Source: Chiloscyllium plagiosum (lineage: Eukaryota). Taken from it: 64,000 bases of DNA. Each line of letters begins with the position of its first letter. Within the stretch, counting starts at the first letter, position 1. Location: contig NC_057749.1 in NCBI RefSeq assembly GCF_004010195.1, positions 7,735,936 to 7,799,935 on the forward strand, given 5' to 3'. Shown here piece by piece: positions 38,034-50,829 of this stretch. Made by a program: the position numbers and the translations under genes. The notes beneath the pieces were generated by a model that searched no databases, was not told the origin of the DNA, and was given only the letters and a program-made list of their open reading frames with translations.

Positions 38034-38715
38034 CTGCAGAAGTAAATGATAAGAAAATATAAGCACATTATTAAAATTTAAATGGTCACAAAACCATTTA
38101 ATATGGTTTCCACATGCACTAACCTTTTGATTGTCAGTCATCACTAGTAGCACAGAATATCTAAAACCTAATTTATGACAGTCACCGTTCCATGTCTGCA
38201 TTCTACAGCCTAAAACAATCTGACTATAAGCAATAACAGTCACCTCGGTTGACTGTATAATATTGAATCATGGATAGCAAAGTAACTCTACTGGACCTGG
38301 TTTTTATTGCCTGGCACAGGGGATTTCATTGACTCATTGCTCAAATAACGCAGAAACATTATTCTCTCAGCGTTTTTATTTAGCAAGAGGAAGATAAATT
38401 CAGGATGAGTTATGTTTGCAAATGTGATCAAATCTACCTTTCTGGGAATTAGTGTCAAATGAAATTTCTAACAAAAAAGTGATTTCATATCTCTGACCTT
38501 ATTGAGTGTATTACTTAATTCCTGAGCTTCAATGGTCAACCTCAAAAAACTGTCTCCCCTCTAATCCTTCTCATAATTCAATCACTTCTGAATCTACTCT
38601 CGCTCTCATAAAATTAATTGCATCCTTTAAGCACACCATGTCCTTTTGCAACTTTCTTCAACTTCTTCCTCTTAAAATGTTTCTTCCTGGCCTCTGTATT
38701 GGTCATCATCCTCAC

Positions 38716-38801
38716 CCCATCTTTATCATTGTCAAAATTGAATAGGAAAGCTTTCAAACAGGATCCTTTGTGAAATGAACTCCATAAGCACCAGGCAAAC
38801 T
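38716..38801 (-). pseudogene. Candidate exon, 86 nt
   Basis: Acceptor poly-T-gcag; donor GGG|gtgagg. Confidence 0.5.
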
Positions 38802-39044
38802 CTGCAAAAAAAAAAAGCAATGACGCCAGACTGAATCCTGTGATAGAACAGCTGAACAGTGTCTTGTCTGTCAGGTCTTGTTTGCGCAACTTTAAGGTCA
38901 CTGATGTTTTGGAGGTGTCAAAGAAAACTCTTCAAAGAACACTCTTAATCCCTCCCCGATGCAAAGCAGCATCTTTATCATTAACTGGAAAGAGCTTGCT
39001 ACCCAATCATTCAAAATGGTGGCAATTTGTGCATCAAACTTACA

Positions 39045-39365
39045 ATTCCTACAGTGTCGAAGCACGCCATTTGGCCCATACTAACCCTCCAAAGTGTATC
39101 CCACCCAGACACACACCCCTTTACCCTATATTTCCCATGGTTAATCCACCCAGCCTGAACATCGCTGGAGACTATTGGCAATTTAGCATGGCCAGTCCAC
39201 CTAACATCTTTCAACTGTGGGAGAAAACCAAAGCAGCTGGAGGAAACCCACACAGACACAGGAGCATGTGGAATCTCCACACTGACAGACACCCAAGAGT
39301 GGAATCGAACCCAGGTCCTTGGCTCTGTCAAGTAGGAGTGCCAACCACTGAGCCACTGTGCCACC
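39045..39365 (-). mobile_element. HE1-type SINE
   Basis: Reverse complement of head and core. Confidence 0.8.
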
Positions 39366-39460
39366 CATCATAATGGTGAAAGCAGCAGCAAACAAATGTT
39401 CAGGAAGAAATTCCTGAACTTGGGATCCTGCTACATCGTGGGATGTCCCGCTTCACTTGC

Positions 39461-39494
39461 CTGAAGATCTCCACGTCTCAAGTTTGTCATATAG
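39461..39494 (-). other. Candidate 34-nt exon with GC donor
   Basis: Acceptor tattctctctcag; donor CAG|gcaagt (consensus GC-AG context). Confidence 0.35.
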
Positions 39495-40006
39495 CTGAGA
39501 GAGAATATGTTAATGTAGATGTGATTCTGGCATCAGCAGGACCAGTGAGAAGAAAATATACAATGAAGACTTCAGAGAGATACTGGACTAGCTAACTGTA
39601 TTAACTATGATCTCTATCATAGTGGTATGGTATTACTGACAGTAAAAGAGGTTTGCGCCAAGTAGAGAGAATTCTAGAGATGCAAGGGACTCAAAAGAGT
39701 AAACGTCTAGCCAGACTGAGCAATGTCTGGAGCAATGTCAAGCTCCAGAGAACCAAGATAGTATAGAATCCATGACGGGACCACAATGCATACATGAGTC
39801 CATAGAAAAGGCACAATCCATACATTTGGCTGCAACATTTTTACCACGCAGAGTTTTCACAAAACTGAACCAGCCAGTTCGTCACATGATAACCTATCGT
39901 ACAAACTTTCAAACCTGATATGATTTCATTCTCAAGCTAAGGGATAGTTAACACAAGGATTTTCTGACATTATCCTGAACTGCTGTAAAACCTCTGATGC
40001 ACTCAC

Positions 40007-40156
40007 CACTCGCCAGCCAACCCTCGGTCTTCCCTTTCTCGCCAAGATGTTTCTTTGCATTATTGCTGCTCTAAGATGGTCTCCCTGGTTAGAATTCCTT
40101 CAAATGAGTTTTCAAACTGATCTGGCACTAGCCTGGTCACATTTGTCGTTGAAAGC
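40007..40156 (-). pseudogene. Candidate exon, 150 nt; stop-interrupted in both frames examined
   Basis: Donor GTG|gtgagt; acceptor weak (cattacaaag). Confidence 0.4.
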
Positions 40157-40199
40157 CTTTGTAATGATCCTGATGGTTGACTAGCTTTTTTAATAAATA

Positions 40200-41120
40200 T
40201 ATCATTTGTAGGATATGGGCATCACTGGCAGGGTCAACATTTATTGCCCATCCCTAATTGCCCATGGGAATGTGGTGGTGAGCTGCCTTCTTGAACTGCT
40301 GCAATCCCTGTGTTATAAGTCAATCCATCATGCTGTTAGGGAGGGAATTCTGGGATTTTGACCCAGTGACATTGAAGGAATGGCGATATATTTCCGAGTC
40401 AGGAGAGTGAGTGGCTGGGAGGGAAACTTGCAGGTGGTGGTATTCCCGTATATCTGCTGCCTTATTCTTCTAGATGGAGGTGGATGTGAGTTTGAAAGGT
40501 GCTGTCTGAGGATCTTTGTGAATTTCTGCAGTACATTTGTAGATAGTACACACTGTTGCTGCTGAGCATCACTGCTGGAGAAAGTGGATGCTTGTGAATT
40601 TGGTGCCAATCAAGTGGACTGCTTTGTCCTGGATGGCGCAAAACTCCTTGAGTGCTATTGGAGCTGCACTCATCCAGGCAAGTGGAGAGGACTCCAAAAC
40701 AATTTGACCTATGCCTTGTAGATGGTGGACAGGCTTTGGGGAGTCAAGATGAGTTAGTCACCACAGTACTTCTAGGCTCTGACCTACTCTCGTCATCACT
40801 TTACTTACATCTCTAGTCTAATTCAGATTCTAGTCAATGGTACCCCCAGGATTTTGATTATGCAATGGTAACAACACTGAAACCCATGGTGTGGTGGTTA
40901 GTTTGTATCTTATTGGAAGTGGTCATTGTTTGGCATTTGTGTGGCATGAATGTAACGTGTCGGCCCAAGCCTGGATATTGTCCAGGCCTTGTTGCATTCG
41001 AACATGGACTGCTTCAGCATCTGAGTTGTACCAAATGGTGCTGAACATTGTGCAGCTGTTATGAACATCTCCATGCGATGGAGGGAACGTCATTGGTGAA
41101 TCAGCTGATTGGGCCGAGGG
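40200..41120 (-). mobile_element. Second LINE family 3' kilobase
   Basis: Aligns by eye with 24110-24910. Confidence 0.8.
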
Positions 41121-41582
41121 TGTCCTGACCTACAACAATAGAACCATTTTCCTATAAGCTGGGTATGACTTGTCATCGGAAGGTAGGGGGAAGCCATTCA
41201 AACTTGGGGTATGACTGATCTGTGCCTCAGTGACATGTGCCCACTTTAAACTTGACCCTTGAACACTCTCTTCAACACTGAACTTTTGATTCCCCTGCAC
41301 CGTGGCTCATCTGGGACCCATCTTAACGTCACTCCTCTCCATAGTTCCATCTTCATCTGTTCCAGAGAAAACAATAAATTATGTGACCTGTGTGTTTTAT
41401 TTTCTCTATTCCTACATTTGATGTCACATTTCTTTTTTTCAAATTAGAAATGGAATTAATCTCAATGTTTGAATTTTCACAGAACCCAGCAGGTACATGA
41501 AGCCAGAAGCCATAGCAACTAATTCTGTCCTGGTTAAGGTGGCAATTATGCAATTGGCCCCTGAGGCCACAAAAGACATTAC

Positions 41583-41759
41583 CAGACAATTCTTTGCATA
41601 CTCAGGAATTACATGCATCTTTTCCAAATCTCTCTGGCATTCATGAAATTCTGTAATGACAGTGAAGAGGAATCAATTTAATTTGAGACACTTCCTCATG
41701 ATTATTAAGAATGCTGCCTCCGTGACTTGTGAATCACGCAGGAAAAGTGCACTTCATCT
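41583..41759 (-). pseudogene. Candidate exon (...EFHECQRDLEKMHVIPEYAKNCL); alternative acceptor at 41650
   Basis: Donor CTG|gtaatg; acceptors ctcttacag and ttcctcttcactgtcattacag. Confidence 0.35.
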
Positions 41760-42164
41760 CTGTAAGAGTGTCATAATTTGCAAAACTAATAACAGCAGCA
41801 CCAAACTTCATCAGTTATTTGCCCAGCAAAGTAGTTCGCTGTAAATTACTCGCAGCTCATGTAATTCTCCTGGTTATTTTGCAATCTGCTCTACCCTACA
41901 CCTTTACAATCTGTGCTCTATATTTTCAATTCATTCATGACATGCAGGCAACGCCATGCTATACCATACAGAGTCCTGAAGAAGGATTGCACCCGAGAAG
42001 TCGACTTCTCCACCTCCTGATGCTGCCTGGCTTGCTGGGTTCTTCCAGCCTCCTGCTTGTCTATACAGGCATTGCTGGCTCCACCAGTATTTATTGCCTA
42101 GCAAGTTGCACACAGCAAGATTCCACAAACAGCAATGACATAGATCACTCCTTATCATACAACC

Positions 42165-42435
42165 TTACCACGCAGAAAGACGCCATTCAGCCCACCAAGT
42201 CTGCTCTGTCCCTCTGAAACAGCATCCCACACTGAGTCAACTGCATGTGGAGTTTTTACCATAGTTCAACCCACCTAACCTGCACATCCCTGGATGCTCT
42301 GTGCAATTTAGCGTGGCCAATCCACCTATCTTTAGTCTGTGAGAGGAAACTACAGCACCCGGATGAAACCTACATAGACACAGGGAGAACGTGCAGAACT
42401 GAGTGCTGTGAGGCAGCAGTGCTAACCATGCCACT
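42165..42435 (-). mobile_element. HE1-type SINE, with deletions
   Basis: gtgaggcagcagtgctaacca head (reverse) and core. Confidence 0.7.
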
Positions 42436-43689
42436 CTTATGTAATATATCATAATACAACATGATTAGTGACCAGAAAATCTGTTAGTTTGTGCTGTTGA
42501 CTGGGGCCTAAACATTGATGAGGACATTGAGGATAAGTCCTCTTTAAGATAGAGCTATTGGTTTTTTTTTAATGTTCAGCTGCAGGTATCAAGGTTAATC
42601 TGTCTCTCTGTCTCACTAGGCGACAAATTGGGATATTGCATAAGTTGAGGAGTGCAGTAGGAAATAATCTCAGCAGACCGGTAGACAGTCCAGTTGCAGG
42701 TCTTGTGTTGTGTTTCATTTCTGTTGGCTATTATCTCAGCCAGCAGTTCAGCTCCTCAGCAGTTGAGACATTGCAGCCTAGGGACCAGAAATTGTAGGTC
42801 AATGCAGTGTGCAAATTGGAAGAAGGTAGTGTTGATGGAGCAGAGGATCATTAGTGTTGAAGAGAATCAGTGTTCCCTTCTGCGACTACCTATAAAATGG
42901 GGCAACAAAGAAATACAAGGTCCTTGGCTCTGCCTTTGCAGCATGGACAGACTCATTGTGAATGCATTAGAAACCACTAGCAGTTACATGTGTGAAAGAC
43001 TTGTGCCATCATTTTCCATCATTGCTGCTTATAGACCATAAGAATACGCTGCAATATAAAATGAATGCAGCAAAATAAAACATAAGTGAAAATACTGAGT
43101 GTTTTGAAGAGCAGTTTTAAAAATGAAAATTCTGTAGAAGCTTTGTGCCTTGGTGCGCGAATAATCTGCAATAATATACATTGCTCTCCTGGAGATCACT
43201 GCCCTGTACTGGGACTTTATTATGATGATGTGTTCCTTCACCAAGCTCCCCGCTGTGCACTATGTTTTCTGCCTTGGCTTTTGACATGATTTAATAGTCT
43301 GCAAACTGAACTCTTGAGTAAGTGGAAGTCCTGGGGATTGCTGAATGCAAAATGCTGATCTCCTTTACAATTTACAGCACACACTTTGTGAAATTTGTCA
43401 ATGATTCAGCCCTGGCTTATGTTGGGAGTCTATATTTTTAACCTCCTTTGCTAATTTCTTTCCAAAGCAAATGTAATATTTTCTGCTTTTTTGAACTTGT
43501 GAATTCAGATTTTGCGGTTCTGGGAATTGAACATTCTCCACTTTTCATATGAAGGAGGCAATTGAGAGCTTGTTGCCTGGATAAATACAGTCATACCTCA
43601 GTACCTGTTAGTCTATCTCAATGATAAGGAAGCCGAATAACTCTGTTTAATACAGGGGATGTTGTATCTATAGAAAACTGACTTAATGT

Positions 43690-44080
43690 CAGGGGCTGAG
43701 GGATGACCTTGTCGAACTTTATAAAGTCACGAGGGGCATGGATAAGTTGAATAGTCAAGGTCTTTTTTCCCAGAATAGGGGAGTCAAAAACTAGAAGGCA
43801 GAGGTTTAAGGTGAGAGGGGAAAGATTTAAAAGGGACCTAAGTGGCAAACTTTTCATGCAGAGGGTGGTGAGTGTATGGAATGAGCTGCCAGAGGAAGTG
43901 GTGGAAGCTGGTATAATTACAACATTTCAAAGGCATTTGGATGGCTATATGAAGAGGGAGGATTTGGAGGGATATGGGCGAAATGCTGGCAAGTGGGACT
44001 AGATTAATTTAGGATATCTATTCGGCACGGATGAGTCAGACCAACGGGTCTGTTTCCATGCTCTACAGCTCTATGACTCT
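43690..44080 (+). mobile_element. HER1/CR1-type LINE 3' fragment
   Basis: RGERFKRDLSGKLFMQRVVSVWNELPEEVVEAG. Confidence 0.85.
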
Positions 44081-44784
44081 AGGACTGGAAGTGTATGTTG
44101 TGGAATGCACTGAATGAGAGAGTTGGAGATAGATTGAATCAAATAGGTACTGGATGATTACGATAAAGGGAAAAAAATAGTTGTGGAACAGTTGTGCATT
44201 CAAATTCTTCAATGGTCTCATGTTGTGATGTACCTTTAAGGAGGTGTATCTAAACCAGCAGTCTGTCACTGTAGACTATGAGAGAGGATGAGATATATGA
44301 TTCCATGGTGTCTGTTGACAGAACAGAGTTCAGTCCTACATGGTATCTGATAAGCACTAGTGTCATCAGAGATAGATTGACTCACATCAATCTTTCTTGC
44401 TGATAATAGTCGACACTCCTGATACCACACAGGGAAGAATGCTCACAAGGAGTCATCGGCAGAAGAGAGACTCGCTCTTGTTCAACATATCAGGTTTGTT
44501 ACATATTATTTAATAGTTAATTATGTTATAGCTGTGTTACGTAATAGTCTCTCATGAGACGTCAGGATAGATTTAAACAGTAAGTACACAACTGAGGGTA
44601 CCATGGAAGTACCACCTTCTCAAGCTTTCCCCTCACCCGTAGTGATCCTCAGATTAAACCACCACCAGTCGCTTCTCTCTAATGCAAAACAGCCTCTGGG
44701 GCTATGGTGATTTTATCTTTACCTTTACATGGTATTTAGCATTTAGGTCAATTCATAGCAAACTGGTTGGCTCCTGTGAGGAAC

Positions 44785-45350
44785 AGTCATAGAGTCATGC
44801 AGCATGGAAATAGACCCTTTGGTCCAACCAGTCCATGCTAACCATGTTCCCAAACTAAACTAGTCCCACCTGCCTGCTCCTGGCCTATATCCCTCCAAAC
44901 CTTTCCTATTCATGTACTTATCCAAAAATCCTTGAAATGACTGTACTTACATCCACCACTTTCTCTGGCAGTTCATTCCACACATGAACCACTGTCTGTG
45001 TAAAAAAGTTGCCCCTCATGTCCTTTTAAAATCTTTCTCCTCCGACTTTGCAAATATGCCCCCGATCTTGAAATCCCCCATTATAGGGAAAAGGCACCTG
45101 GAATTCACCTTATCTATGCTCCTCATGATTTCAAAAACCTCTATAAGGTCACCCCTCAACCTCATATGCTCCAGTGAAAAAGTCCCAGCCTCTCTAGCCT
45201 TTCTTTATAACACAAGCCCTCCTTTTCCGGCATCATCCTGGTAAATGTTTTCTCAACTCTCTCCAGCTTGACTATACCCTTCCTATAACAGGGTGACCAG
45301 AATAGGAGTCAGGACTCCTGAAAAGGCCTCACCATTGTCCTGTAAATTCC
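44785..45350 (-). mobile_element. HER1/CR1-type LINE 3' fragment
   Basis: agtcatagagtcat tail and ORF2 C-terminus in reverse. Confidence 0.85.
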
Positions 45351-45849
45351 AACCCACGTATTCAGAGGTTTGCCCTTTATATCCTGCTGGGAGGAGCTTA
45401 TCTTGTGATACCTGTTAATCCTTTTAGTGACAACTTGTTTTATCTAACACTACAAACCAGACAGTTCTACATAGCCTCTGGTTGTCATTGTCGTGCAGCG
45501 GTAGCAACCTTACCTCTGCACAAGAAGGTTTATATTAACATTCCACCTGTCCCAGACATGTCCTGATGTGTCTGAACACATTGATTGAAAATAACTACAA
45601 TCATACCTTCAAATAAAGAATCCACATCATCATTCTACTAAACCTTAGTGTATGATTGGTGTGATGGTGTTAAACAGAAGAATGTAAACTCCTTAACTCT
45701 GATGGCACCTTGATATCTCTATGTTTTTCCAATATAGACCACTGATACTTACTGTTCCCTGACCATTTGGTTGCCTCACCTATAAACTTGTGGAAATTAC
45801 ATCCAAACCAATTCTGACTCTCCCTGGTCTTTCCTCTTTTTAATATGAC

Positions 45850-46280
45850 TTGAAGGTGCCGGTGTTGGACCGGTGTGGACAAAGTTAAAAATCACACAAC
45901 ACCAGGTTATAGTCCAACAGGTTTATTTGGAAACACCGGCTTTCAAAGTGCTGCTCCTTAGTCAGGTGGCTGTGGACAATAAGATCATAAGACACAGAAT
46001 TTATAGCCAAATGAGTACAGTGTCATGGAGATGTGATGATACATTAAACAATTTTAGATTAAATCATTCATCTTTTAGAATGGGATGTGTTGGTTTCTGT
46101 TCCCAGAACTTCTTTTAAATTACATTCTCAAGAAAGGTCTAGCTTTCCGAACAAGAGGTGTCATCTCAGCTCAGACAATGCATTGAGTTGTGAGATCTGT
46201 CTGTGTCCCAATGTTGAGTTAGACTGGTTCTATTTCTAAAGTGCAATTTACAGAGTTTTACATGGACTCATGCAGTTTTA
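45850..46280 (-). mobile_element. Penelope-like terminal fragment, second family
   Basis: Shares cacaacaccaggttatagtccaacaggtttattt with the fold-back at 50538; decayed hammerhead at about 45938-45965. Confidence 0.6.
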
Positions 46281-46861
46281 GCTTAGAGATGGCATTTGAT
46301 TGCCTGTCCTAAGTCTCCTCCTTTGGAGCAGTATGAACTTTTGTCTGCTTCTGTGTTTGTGAAATTTTTGGGACAAACACAGAGACTGCTGGAGAAACTT
46401 CCCAGCACCTTTGAAGAGAGAAACACAGTTAACCTTCCAGTGTGACTCCTTCAACCTATCAGAACTGGAAAAGAGTCATATCATACCCGAAACACTAATG
46501 TTGTTTCTCTCTCCACGGACGGCGCCAGACCTGCTGAGTTTCTCCACGATTCTCTGAGTTTGTGTCAGATTCGCTGCATTTGCAGTGTTTTGCTTTTATT
46601 TAAATGCTGTGGGGTGCAGTGCTGTATGAATATCAGTTGTGGGAGTGGTATAGAGAAGTTGACTTTAGCTTCACTGTTCCTTGAGCCAAGCAGAAGCCAG
46701 GATGAAAGATACAGAACTCATACCATTCTGTTGGATCCTGAGCCCAGGAGTCACAGCAGTCGAGAAACAGAGGTTTAGAAATCAGCATTACAGAGGCATG
46801 TGTGAGTGTGGTAGGTCATGAAACTCAGCAGGGTTATGTTTAGTGCATTAAATTTACTGTT

Positions 46862-47420
46862 ATAGAGTCATAGAGTCATCGGCATAGAGTCATCTGGCAA
46901 GGAAAAGAACTCTTTGGTTAAACACAGTCCATGTTGACCATAACCCCAAACTAAACTAAACTAGTCCCACCTGCCTGCTCTGGCCCATAACCCTCCAAAC
47001 CTTTCCTATTCATGTCCTTATCCAAATGTCTTTTAAACGTTTTCATTGCACCCACATCCACCACTTCCTCTGGAACTTCATTCCACACACAAAACACTCT
47101 CTGTGTAAAGAAATTGCCTCTCCTGTCTTTTTAAACTCTTTCTCCTCTCACCTTAAAAATATGCCATATAGTCTTGAAATCCTCCACCCTAGGAAAAAGA
47201 GGCATGCCATTCTCCTTATCTCTATCCCTTATTATTTTACAAACCTCCTTAAGGTCACCTCTCAACCTCCTTTGCTCTAGTTAAAAAAAGTCCCAGCCTA
47301 TACAAACTCTCTTTATATCTCAAACCCTCCATCCCCAGTAACATCCTAGTTAATCTCTTTTGAATGTTCTCCAGCTTTATAATATCCTTCCTATAATAGG
47401 GCAACCAGAACTGTTCACAG
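46862..47420 (-). mobile_element. HER1/CR1-type LINE 3' fragment
   Basis: (agagtcat)n tail and reverse ORF2 end. Confidence 0.85.
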
Positions 47421-48734
47421 GAAGATCTATTGGACTGAAACTGACAGGTTTAGTTTCTCATGAAATATTAATACTTCTGAAAACTTTGGAAACTAGTTTA
47501 GCATTCTTGACTATTAAATCCTTTGAGGCACCCTCATTTCTCATTTTACTGTGATATAGTGATGTGTTTGGCAGAATGGAACAATTAGTCAAACAAGACC
47601 AAATAACCAATTGGATTGTCACTTGGAATTTTAGAACCAGTAATCCCAAATCCCATTTACTAATGAAGCCGTCTTTGTGCTGATAGGTTTATAGATCATT
47701 TCGGGGAACCCAGGTTGCTGTGGTAAGATAGATTTTGGAGTGTGCAGATGTGGATAGTGAAGATAGAAATCCCAATGTGCTTTCTAGCTCATGGCTGATT
47801 AGGAATCTCATACACTCTTACTGTCTACCTACTTGAGCTGGGGAGGTGATAGTCTAGTGATATTATCGTGTGGCTATTAATCTAGAGATTGAAGTAATAT
47901 TTTGGGGACTTGGGCTTGAATCCTGCCAAGGTAGATGGTGGAATTTGAATTCAGTAATTAATCTGGATTTAAGAGTCTACTGATGACAATGAAACTGTTG
48001 TTGATTATGGGGGGAAATGTCCATCTGGTTCACTAATATCATTTAAGGAAGAAAACTGCCATCTCTAGCTGGTGTGGCCAACATGTGACTCCAGAATCAC
48101 AACAGTGTGGTTGACTCTACACTGCCCTCCTGGCCAGGTGTGCTCATGGCCAGTGACTGAATAAGAGTTGGAAGAACTTGTAGGTTGATATTCAATCTGT
48201 TTGGCTGCATAATGACCATTATCTTCCTTGGTCATCAAGTCCTGGAGTGGGTCTTGAACCCAGAGCGACTGGCTCAGAGGCAGTGACACGACCTATTGCA
48301 TAAGGACCTCAATATTTTTATATTTGCACATCATAGAAACATTTGACCTAATGGGCCCTGTATTTCACTTGAAAGCACTCTTACCTTCTGTAGGTTGACG
48401 GTTCAAATTCCAGTCTAACAACTTGCGCACGACATAAATGCCTGAGATGATAAACCAGGTTCCTTCTACTCCCTCAGATGGACATAAACATCCCATGGCA
48501 CAAGACCAGGAGAATTGTTGCCAGTGTTCTGACCAATATCTACCTCACAAATGATTTGTCCATTCTCATATCGTTGGTCCTGGGAGCTTATTATATATCA
48601 ATCAACAGACAGGTTTCCTGTATTACAGCAGTGTCTTCATTTCAAAAACATCTAATCAGTTGTAAAGCACATTGGGATATCCTGCTGTTGTAAAAAGCAC
48701 AATACAAATACAAGTTTTCCTCTTCATTGGGTCA

Positions 48735-49310
48735 AACAGCACAGAAATGGACTCTTCGGTCCAACTGTTTCATGCTGACCATAATCCCAAACTAAACTGG
48801 TCCCACCTGCCTGCTCCTGGCCCATATCTCTCCAAACCTTTCTTATTCATGTACTTACCTAAATGTCTTTTAAACATTTTCCTGTAAAATATCCACCACT
48901 TCTTCTGGAAGTTCATTCCACACGATCCACTCCTTGTAAAAGAAATTTGCCTCTCATTTCTTCCTTTTACCTTTCTCCTCTCAGCTTAAAAAAATGCCCC
49001 CTAGTCTTGAAAACCCCAACTTAGGGAAAAAATATCTGCCAATCACCTCACCCATACCCCTCATGATTTTATAAGCCTCTTTAAGATCACCCTTCAACCT
49101 CCTACTCTCCAGTGAAAAAGGTTCCAGTCTATCCAGCCTCTCCTTATAACTCAAACCTTCCACTCCCTGCACCATTTTGGTAAATCTTTTTTGAATCCTT
49201 TCCAGCTTCATAAAATCCTTCCCATAAGAGGAAGGTCAGAATAACACAGTATTCCAGAAGAGTCCTCACTAACATCCTGTATAACCTCAGCATAATGTCT
49301 CAACTCCTGC
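48735..49310 (-). mobile_element. HER1/CR1-type LINE 3' fragment
   Basis: KLERIQKRFTKMVQGVEGLSYKERLDRL. Confidence 0.85.
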
Positions 49311-49419
49311 TGGTGTGTCTACTCCAATTCAGCCGTCCAGCCAACTCAGCTGTTGTTATCCATCGATTATTCTTCCTGTCTCATGTATTTAACGAGCCAT
49401 CCATTAAATGCGATAATTT

Positions 49420-49725
49420 TGATTAGATTAGATTCCCTATAGTGTGGAAACAGGCCCTTCGGCCCAACAGGTCGACCACACCAACCTTCCGAAGAGTAAC
49501 CCACCCAGACCCATTTCCCTCTGACTAATGCACTTCACACTATGGGGCAATTTACCATGGCCAATTCACCTGATCTGCACATCTTTGGACTGTGGGAGGA
49601 AACCAGAGCAAACCCACACAGACACAGGGAGAACGTGCAAACTCCATACAGTCAGCCAAGGCTGGAATTGAACCTGGGTCACTAGCGCTGTGAGACAGCA
49701 GTGTTAACCACTGAGCTAGCATGCC
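49420..49725 (-). mobile_element. HE1-type SINE
   Basis: (ttaga)n tail, core and head in reverse. Confidence 0.85.
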
Positions 49726-49875
49726 CCCCCCAAGTATTATTTACTCCACAAAGAAAGGCAATTGCCATATGAGTAAATAATCTTTTCCTTATTCTCTTTG
49801 TGAGATTTATTTGTGATTATCATATAGTAGTGTCCCCTAGTTGATATTTGCGATGGCATTTTCTCCAATGCTCAC

Positions 49876-50019
49876 CATGACCATTTGCTTCATTTTTCTG
49901 TCAATGTATTCCTGTAAAATGTTGCCTTCTAACATTCTTAACGTTTGAGTTGTGGCCCAGATTTTTCCAGTGAAAATGACTTTGAAACATTGACGTTTGT
50001 TGTCATTGCCTGACTGAAA
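49876..50019 (-). CDS. Candidate exon, open (FQSGNDNKRQCFKVIFTGKIWATTQTLRMLEGNILQEYIDRKMKQMVM)
   Basis: Donor ATG|gtgagc; acceptor options 50029/50019/50013; inside ORF 49837-50061. Confidence 0.5.
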
Positions 50020-50537
50020 CTGACGGTAGCTTTGGGAGTCCACACATGTGCAGAAAAACATGAAGTTTCAGAAGTTGCAGTCCGTGACTTTATACCCAGC
50101 ACCATTTGCAATTCCTCAGACGCTAAAGCAGTCTACGCTTGTACACAGCAAGACATGGCAATACTCAGGCTTGTGCTGATAAGTAGCAAGGTAACTTTCA
50201 CACCATCCAAGTAGCAGACAATGAGTGTCTTTTTGAAATTCATTTATGGGATGTAGGTGATGCCAGGATTTATTGTCCATCTCTAATTCCTCAGGGAGCA
50301 GTTAAAAGTCAATTGCTCTACGTCTGGAGTCACATGTAAGCCAGAGCAGGAAAACACAGATTTCCTTTCATAAAGGACATGGATGCAGCAGATAGATGTC
50401 TGAGACAATGAACATAGGATATATCTCCAACATGTCCAATCACCTCCTCTTGACATACATTAGCATGACCATTTATAATTCCCCACTAACATCACCTTCT
50501 GGAGTTACCATTGACCATATACTGAAAAGTTCAAAGT

Positions 50538-50750
50538 CAGAAGTCACATGACACCCGGTTAAAATCCAACAGGTTTATTTGAAATCACAAGCTTTCTGAG
50601 CACTACTCCTTCATCAGAGGGACTTAACCTGATGAAGGGGCAGCACTGAAAAAGCTTATGATTTCAAATAAACCTGTTGGACTGTAACTTGGTGTCATGT
50701 GACTTCTGATTTTGTCCACCACAGTCCAACACCAGCACCTCCACATCATG
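50538..50750. mobile_element. Fold-back element, second Penelope-derived family, hammerhead cores on both strands
   Basis: ~80-bp inverted arms; minus strand 50589-50617 reads CUGAUGA-A-GGAGU-AGU-GCUCA-GAAA-GCUU. Confidence 0.7.
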
Positions 50751-50829
50751 AAAAAGGCACATAAATACTGTCCAATGCAATGAGGTTGGGAATTCTGCTG
50801 CACTCTCACAATTACTTTTGGTGACTGGT

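Noticed and set aside
37916..38801. Faint Mab-21/cGAS-like look (GVHF..W.LS.S, LNREDRRRR) if the stop is read as Trp
   Set aside because: Downstream conserved Mab-21 motifs not found; resemblance too weak to name the gene.
49876..50019. Resemblance of LEGNILQEYIDRKMKQM to SPATA31/CCDC168-type testis repeats
   Set aside because: Impression from one short segment; needs a profile search, so no symbol assigned.
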